Shown in pieces: positions 56,640 to 64,000 of a stretch of DNA of 64,000 nucleotides. Under the pieces are notes generated by a model that saw only the letters and a program-made list of their open reading frames with translations, did no database searches and had not been told where the DNA came from. Made by a program: the position numbers and the translations under genes. Location of the stretch: contig OX597815.1 of assembly GCA_951406725.2 (NCBI GenBank), positions 154,566,001-154,630,000 on the forward strand, in the 5' to 3' direction. The stretch is from Octopus vulgaris (lineage: Eukaryota). How positions within the stretch are numbered: the first letter of the stretch is position 1; each line of letters starts with the position of its first letter.

Positions 56640-56919
56640 CCTTCTATATAATAAATTGATTTTACTCTGCTATGTATTGAGTACCTTATTTACTGTGGTT
56701 AACCCCGAATCAACCCGGGACCTACATATATATATATATATATATATAGCATATAATGATTGTGATATCATGGATATCACATAAAGGAATAAAAATTTCC
56801 AGAGTTAAGCAAGGGTACTCACAGATCCAGGATTACTCTGACAACCAAAGACATGAGCCCTCTTCCAATTGTTGCTCTTCAGTCTATAGGCTCTTGTTTA
56901 GAATGGGGCCATTTACTCT

Positions 56920-57400
56920 AAACATTCTCATAGTTACCCATCTTTTTACAAGTTCACTGGAAAGTAGCACTTTCATCTCCACTTTCACTTTCCGTTCTAT
57001 GTAGAAAATAAGATATGTGTATGAGAACTTGAGCGAAGAGGAAAGCGTCTTTCCACAATCTTTTCAACCTTGTTCACCACATAACCTCTTCCGCCTTAGT
57101 CACTAGATAATGGAACACCGTCTAATCTGTCTTATGGGTAGCTGGGTGGTTGGGTAATCCTCACAATAGATTCTACTGATACACGGATTTATTCAATACG
57201 CGACAACAGCTGTTCGACCTTATTCCGCAAGTCAGCAACTACTGGGACAGTGTACGAATGCATGAAAAAAGGTTTGCGCTCTGCGCAAATCTCGGTTAAT
57301 CCCTCCTGACAGCGTTTCCATATCTGCCCACCAGAAACTACCTAGCAAGCGTTCTTAGAAATGGTACTGATCCTGCTGGCCGCTTTAATGGCGCAACTAG
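56920..57400 (-). mobile_element. L1/Tx1-like LINE ORF2 C-terminal remnant
   Basis: Minus strand ..HAFVHCPVVADLRNKVEQLLSRI..VMW.TRLK..KVKVE..KRW (zf-RVT-like). Confidence 0.55.
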
Positions 57401-57454
57401 AAAAGCAATCTCTGGATGTACTGTTAAGCTCAAAAGAGCCAACTAATCCCCATT

Positions 57455-57900
57455 GTCGACTTGGTCAGTAATTGCTTTGGATCATATACTGTGGCATTGG
57501 TCTCATTTTTGATAAGAACTGATGGGAACATCAATCTGCTAAGTTACAAGAAAACAAAGATATCACCGTTCTTTGGGACTTTACAACTGAAACTAATTGA
57601 GCTTTTCAGGACGATATACCTAATATTGTAGTAAAAATGATGTTGACAAACATGCCTGCTCACAGATATGTCAAATCAAACAAGCTACCAACATATCTTT
57701 AAAACACATTTGAATAGTTAAGTAAATACAATGATCTTGAAATAGAAGTCTCAAAAACTACTATCTAAGAACAACAACTCTATGTGTGATGATTAAGAGC
57801 AATCTTAAACACTATGGCCAAATATCAGGTAACCCAAAATATCAGAACTACAAAAATGTTCTCCCGGGTCCCTTTTCCCTATAATATGTTATTGCTTATA
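57455..57900 (+). mobile_element. Decayed R4/Dong REL endonuclease scrap
   Basis: ENKDITVLWDFTTET..PNIVVK..CLLTDMS..LSKYNDLEIEV. Confidence 0.65.
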
Positions 57901-58146
57901 AATAAAACTCAGTGAAAGATCGAAATTGCTGTTATTCGAGGTCTCTGAAGTAAGACTTGGAACAGCTTATATAAAACAAAGGGTAATTATATTGAACCCG
58001 GTGCTCGACTGGTACTTATTTTATCGACCCTGAAAGGATGTAAGATAGAGCCGACCTCAGCGGCATTTAATTTCAGAACGTAAAGTCGGTCGAAATGTCG
58101 CTAAGCATTTTGTCCGGAAGCGTAATGACTCTACCAGCTCGTCGGC

Positions 58147-58437
<291 letters not shown>

Positions 58438-58439
58438 AA

Positions 58440-58994
58440 TGCCCTGATGCAGTACCAGGCAGTGGCTCTCATGGCTTCTGATCTTAACTGATTGGAAGTG
58501 TTATCATGTACATTGTTTTGTCTTGGTATAAAAGATGGGCTACAGCAAATATTCTGCTCAATACCACAGATTTGCTTGTCAGTTGTTTGACCATAACCAG
58601 TTGAGCATGTCCCTCAGTGTCTGACGATATGTGCATCTCTGATCACGAGCAGAAGTAGTGGGGGAGCATCATAGCCATGTGTTGAGAGGGATTCTTTGGG
58701 GTTTGAATAGTTCACCTCTGGAAACATGGGTGGTTCTTTCAACATCCTTAAACAACCCTTATTCAGGGACCGTTTGAGCGGGATGGGCTACTCAACTTGA
58801 AGAAAATTCTAACTGGGCCCCACCTGCAAGGTCATGTGCTGTTTATCTTGATATGAGATCACCATGTCGCGCCCATATGGTTGTGATGCATGTGCCTGGT
58901 GTACCTTTATCGGACGGGTAGTCATGATGGGTATATTGGGCTTCGTATATTTTACCCCAGTGTCACTTTGATGGCATGAACTGCTCTCTCACTC
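58440..58994 (+). repeat. 555-bp unclassified interspersed element, copy 1 (orientation inferred)
   Basis: tgccctgatgcagtaccagg...ctctctcactc followed by (AAT)n. Confidence 0.85.
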
Positions 58995-59006
58995 AATAAT
59001 AATAAT

Positions 59007-59063
<57 letters not shown>

Positions 59064-59618
59064 TGCCCTGATGCAGTACCAGGCAGTGGCTCTCGTGGCT
59101 TCTGATCCTAACTGATTGGAAGTGTTATCATGTACATTGTTTTGTCTTGGCATAAAAGATGGGCTACAGCAAATATTCTGCTCAATACCACAGATTTGCT
59201 CGTCAGTTGTTTGACCTTAACCAGTTAACAAAGTCCCTTAGTGGCTGACGATAGGCGCATCTCTGATCACAAGCAAAAGTAGTAGGGGAGCATCATAGCT
59301 ACGTGTTGAGAGGGATTGTTTGGGATTTGAATAATTCCCCTCTGGAAACATGGATGTTTTGTTCAACATCCTTAAACAACCTTTATTCAGGGACGTATTG
59401 CGAGGGACGGGTTACTCGATCATAAGAAAATTCTCACTGGGCACCACCTGCAAGGTCATGTGCTGTTTATCTTGATATGAAATCACCATGTCATGCACAG
59501 AAGGTTGTGATGCATGTGCCTAGTGTATCCTTATCAGACGGGTAGTCATGATGGGTATACTGGGTTTCGTATATTTTACCCCAGTTTCACTTTGATGGCA
59601 TGCACTGTTCTCTCACTC
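59064..59618 (+). repeat. 555-bp unclassified interspersed element, copy 2
   Basis: Collinear with copy 1, same ends, scattered substitutions. Confidence 0.85.
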
Positions 59619-59899
59619 AATACTAATAAGCCAGAAATAAATAGCACAGCATAGCAAATCAACAACGTACATGGACAGGCAAATACTGAAACACAAAACA
59701 ACAACAAACAAAATAACACGCACTATAACAGACCAAATATAACCGAGGATGGGACGAACCGACTAAGAAATAACAGATATAGCAGTAAATATCTCAAAGG
59801 CGATAACTATGATTCAGCGTAAACGTCTCTCAAGGCTACAAAAATAAAATAACTCAATAAATAAACAGGTCTATGAAAGAATAATTTGATACAAAAGAA

Positions 59900-60750
59900 T
59901 TCTACAATAAATAATGACCATATCAAAAGATATATTTGATATCAACAAACTATAACACTTGATCTTCTCAACAGCTGCAGTGGGATACAGGGAAACTCGA
60001 CTTACGAAGATGAGAAAAATAACAGCTAATGCTCAAACCCTAGTATGGAAAAAGTGCATAATAATTAAAATTAGAATAACGGAAGGAAGACCTATCACTG
60101 CTCTGTGAACAAGAGAAAGAGGGATCAAATATGAAAAATACCCATATAACAAAACAACACAACATAAAAAATGAAGAGTTAAAAGAAAACAAACATCAGA
60201 ACATAGAAGCAAAAAGAAATTGCCGCTTAGAGCGCTAGGAAAGGCGTGAGCGCTGCTTCCAAGAAAATAGAGAATTTAAAATAAAAACGAGATTTTTGCA
60301 AAGTGTTAAACAAAAAGAAGTAGAATAAAACAATATCAATAGATGACGTACCAACAACATCAGCGATTCAGTCATACAGGGAACAAAATTTGTAGCAAAT
60401 AATAAAACAACAAAGATGCTCTGTTGATAATCAGGGAAAAAGAAAGGAAGAACAAAATAGCACTACAAATATGGCCTACCACCACATACCAAGAAATCAC
60501 GGACACACTGTGGTGTACAAGCAAGTGGAAAACTCCAGGGATAGATAAGCTCCACAACTTCTGGTTGAAACACTTCAACAGTACCCATACCCATATTAAT
60601 AAGCCAATCAGAATCAACACCAAACTAGATGCAGGAAGGACAAACCAGCCTAATTCCCCGAAACAAATTCACCTTACGACCACAAAATTATAGGCCAATA
60701 ATATGTCTATCAATATCCTACAAAACCTTCACATCAGTCATCTGTAACAC
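59900..60750 (+). mobile_element. Decayed R4/Dong LINE, pre-RT and early RT region
   Basis: SKWKTPGIDKLHNFWLKHF and NYRPIICLSISYKTFTSV match the 701-aa ORF. Confidence 0.7.
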
Positions 60751-62392
60751 CTGACTCAACACAGCACAATATTTATTTTCTGTCGGTAATTAAAACAGCA
60801 AAGTAAAGCAGTTCTCTTCAAAACTTACCATCACTCTCATTAACCGTAGTAGCACTAACTCGTCCTGCTCTAATTACATATTCACTCCATTCAACTGGGC
60901 CGTAAATGAGTGACCCTGCGACGGACTGGTGCCAGTTCTGTTAGAATGTCGTGATCTTGGTCGCTTACATGTCATGGCAATTGGGGAACCTAGGACTCAA
61001 GATAATAACTCTTAGGTAATGATAACGAAGATAACGTGGATGCTTAGCGTGTTTATACATTTTTAGCTCAACTTTTAACATCAAGGAATCATTAGCACAG
61101 GCAAAATGCCCAGTGGATTTCGTCCTAATTCCGCCTTTCATTCTTTCGGGGTCGATAAAATAAGTACTACTTTCAGTGTCGATAACTTAAGTACCAGCTC
61201 AGCACTCGCGTCGGAGTAATCGACTTACCATCACTCTCGAAATAGCTGGATTTCAAAAGCAATATCTTGTTTTCTTATGCTGAGACTGATAAGAAACTGT
61301 TTCCACTTAACCATTTGTATGATTTATTATGTTCTAAACTTCTTGCTTCAGTATCTGGAACTAATTTAGTTTCTCAGTAATCCTATTCTTAGTAGTAGTA
61401 GTATTGTTTGCTATCACTGCACACTTGAATGCAGCTTTGTATCTCTTCGATATATATGATTTTAGTAGTCGTTTTCGTTGTCATATTGAATGTAGTCCAC
61501 GCAATATGTTTTCTGCAGTTCTAGTTCGTAGCTCCAGTTTCTGTATGGGACATCTTTAAGTTTTAATCTTTTTGCTCTGTATTTCTTTGCACATTTTAAT
61601 CATTTTATGTCATCTATTGTTATGATAATATTTTCTGTTTTCTGTAAATAGTGAGTACGTATGATTCCAAGATTTTTATTAATATTAATTATCACAAAAT
61701 TTCAAAGGCTTTTATGCAGTTTTCTACAGTAATACTCAGATGCAATTATGTTCCTATTGTGTGAATTTACAATACTGTAGATAGTTTAGAATTGTCTTTG
61801 TATATGATAATAAATTTCATTTGTTCAAGTGTTTCTTTATTATTTCTAACATTTTTTCGTTTACCGCCTGCTATGTAGCATTCATGCAATATGAATTGTG
61901 TTATATTGGTCGTTGGCTTACATTTGTGCTTTGTATTTGCTTTGGGAATGATGATATACTGTGGAGCGTAAATTATGTCGTGTATGTGAGTAAGCTATGG
62001 CATACTAATGGGTTGCAACCATGGATGTGAAATATGCCAGATGTTTTTTAGAGCATTCCATATACATTAAAACTGGATAAGAGTGAAAAAACTCTTTATT
62101 ATTTTCAAGTGATTTATATGAAATGAATTGTATTGAATATGAATAAGTTATTTATGTAATTCCTGCCATCATTAGTACTATTTATATTACTTCCCCATAT
62201 TCGGTAATATTATATTATTTGATAGAGTAAGCATATTTAGTATCTTATTTTTTCATTGAGTTATACATTTTTTGGCAGGGCGTATATGTTTATATTTTTT
62301 TCAGAATAGAGTATGAGAATAAAATTCTGTAAAATATTATAGATGTTTCATTATATATGTAGCAAATATTGATCTTGAAAATAGACAATATA

Positions 62393-64000
62393 TACTGGCG
62401 AAAATAAATTTAAGACCGATGATAAAAGTTCTATTTCTTACAAAATATTTTGTTACTAACTCCATACAAATTATTTTTATCTTTTACACCTTATGCAGAA
62501 TTTATTACGCTTTCGAACGATGCAGACAATAACTATTTTTTTACAACTTGAAGAATTCGAATGCTAAATTAATATAAACTTTTCAAGTTTACCGGCAAAA
62601 TTAGTTTAACACCGTATCATTATAATTTTATTTAAAGCTTAAGATGGTAGCAAAAAATGAGCAACAAGAACAAAATACATATTAGTAGTTTGTGCTGTAG
62701 CCTTTTTTCTTAATATCGGCTGAACAACGCCTCGGCATTGAATTCGCTAAGTGATTACAAAAGTCTATGGGAATGTTTTGCTATATATCATTGATATAAT
62801 CGAATAAATGTTTTAGATTAGATGTTTTTTTTTAGCATGAACTTTTTTGGAAACATAATTCCACAGGTTCTCGATCGGATTCAGGCCCAGGCTCTGGGGA
62901 GGCCATTCGATTACGTCAATTTTATGGTGATCAAAACAATTCCATAACCTTTTTGGCTTTGTGCACAGGACTATTGTCTTGCTAATAAATAGCCTCCAGA
63001 GGCATTTGGTGAGTCAAATATGGCACAACATTATCCTTTAGTATATACATATAACCTACACTATTTAGCTTTCCATCAACTTTAACTAGAGGGCCAACAC
63101 TAAAGCTACTAAATGCCGCCAACACTATCACAGTCCCTCCTCCGCTTGCGCCGTCGTTTTCATGTATTTCGGATGGAATTCCTTGGTTGGGCAACGTCTG
63201 ACGTATGTTTTACCATCTGATCAAAATATACAGAAGCGTGATTCGTCACTCCAAAGGACCCTGCACCAATCTTCGGCAGTCCATTGAGCATGGCTTTTTG
63301 CGAAATTAATGCGTTTGAGTCGATTTCTTTTGTATATTATTGGCTTTTTCCTAGCGATTCATCCATGCTCTCCAAATTCTCTCAAACGGTTGCGGATAGT
63401 TTGTGGTGTAAAAATAACATCGTTCTCGTTTACAAATGTCAACGGCTCTCAGCATTCGGTTGCCTTTCGAAAGTTGGTGGATTCGACTGTCCAACTACAC
63501 CGTTGTTTTTCTTGGGGCGCCAGTCCTTTGCCGATCTTCATATTGACCAGTCTCCGAGAATAACTTCCACGCTTGCATGCAAGCCATTTTACTGCACATT
63601 AGTTGCTTGCTGATGTTCGAAAAGGAAACTTTTTGCTGGTGGAGTAATACGATTTTTGCTCTCGTGATTGGACTGAGGCTACGTTGTTTTCCCATTATTA
63701 ATCAATTGTATAATAACGTTAAATTATAACACTATATAGTGCACTTAGTCTAGTTGTGTGACCATCCATTTTGGCAAACAAATTTGCGTACATATTACAT
63801 GATCTTAAACTAATTTGCCGGTAAATTTGAAACGTTTATATTAATTTAGCATTCGAATTCTTCAAGTTGTATAAAAATAGTTATTGTCTGCATCCCACAA
63901 AAGAGAAATAAATTCTGCATAAGGTGTAAAAGATAGAAATAATTTGTATGGAGTTAGTAATAAAAAATATGGTAACAAATAGATTTTTTATCATCGGTCT
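62393..64000 (-). mobile_element. Tc1-family transposon with long (~215-bp) TIRs and frameshifted transposase; right TIR runs off the window
   Basis: 62413-62608 is the reverse complement of 63803-64000; MGKQRSLSPITRAKIVLLHQQ..RTGAPRKTT, WCRVLWSDESRF, GPLVKVDGKLNS, QDNSPVH, EWPPQSPGLNPIENLW. Confidence 0.92.

Larger units (their letters stand above)
51624..56726 (+). mobile_element. Giant fold-back non-coding PLE-type element: ~2.5-kb inverted arms (centre ~54143), terminal hammerheads, 3' tail 56657-56726
   Basis: Unique islands mirror each other: 51624-51830 vs 56450-56656, 52430-52560 vs 55728-55860, 52680-52750 vs 55537-55607, 53270-53380 vs 54850-55015, 53525-53575 vs 54690-54740; flanked by (TA)n. 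Confidence 0.9.

Noticed and set aside
58440-58520. Possible HDV-like ribozyme at the element 5' end
   Set aside because: No partner strand found for a P1 helix
60820-60910. Minus-strand exon-like segment ending in GTAAG
   Set aside because: Overlaps SINE-like sequence and has no convincing acceptor

Overview
This is AT-rich, microsatellite-saturated animal DNA. The tRNA-derived SINE families and repeat landscape suggest a cephalopod (Octopus-like) intergenic or intronic region (inference). I can support no intact host gene; most ORF-track entries are translations of (TA)n, (CA)n, (ATT)n and (GAA)n repeats. The window is a mosaic of decayed mobile elements: at least 7 R4/Dong-clade REL-endonuclease LINE pieces (one with a 701-aa open RT frame), several Penelope-like (PLE) RT/GIY-YIG remnants, Tc1, mariner and maT-like transposons, Helitrons, L1/Tx1 and BEL-like scraps, and many SINEs. 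The main signal is a non-coding fold-back element carrying hammerhead ribozymes. It is a ~5.0-kb near-spacerless palindrome (51624-56656) with a minimal type-I hammerhead near each outer end and a ~69-nt tail on one arm only. A 163-bp miniature of the same element (28799-28961) has perfect 46-bp arms, the same tail and the same short-arm endpoint. Several further minimal or degenerate hammerheads mark other PLE termini. All calls were made by eye, so boundaries of decayed elements are approximate.
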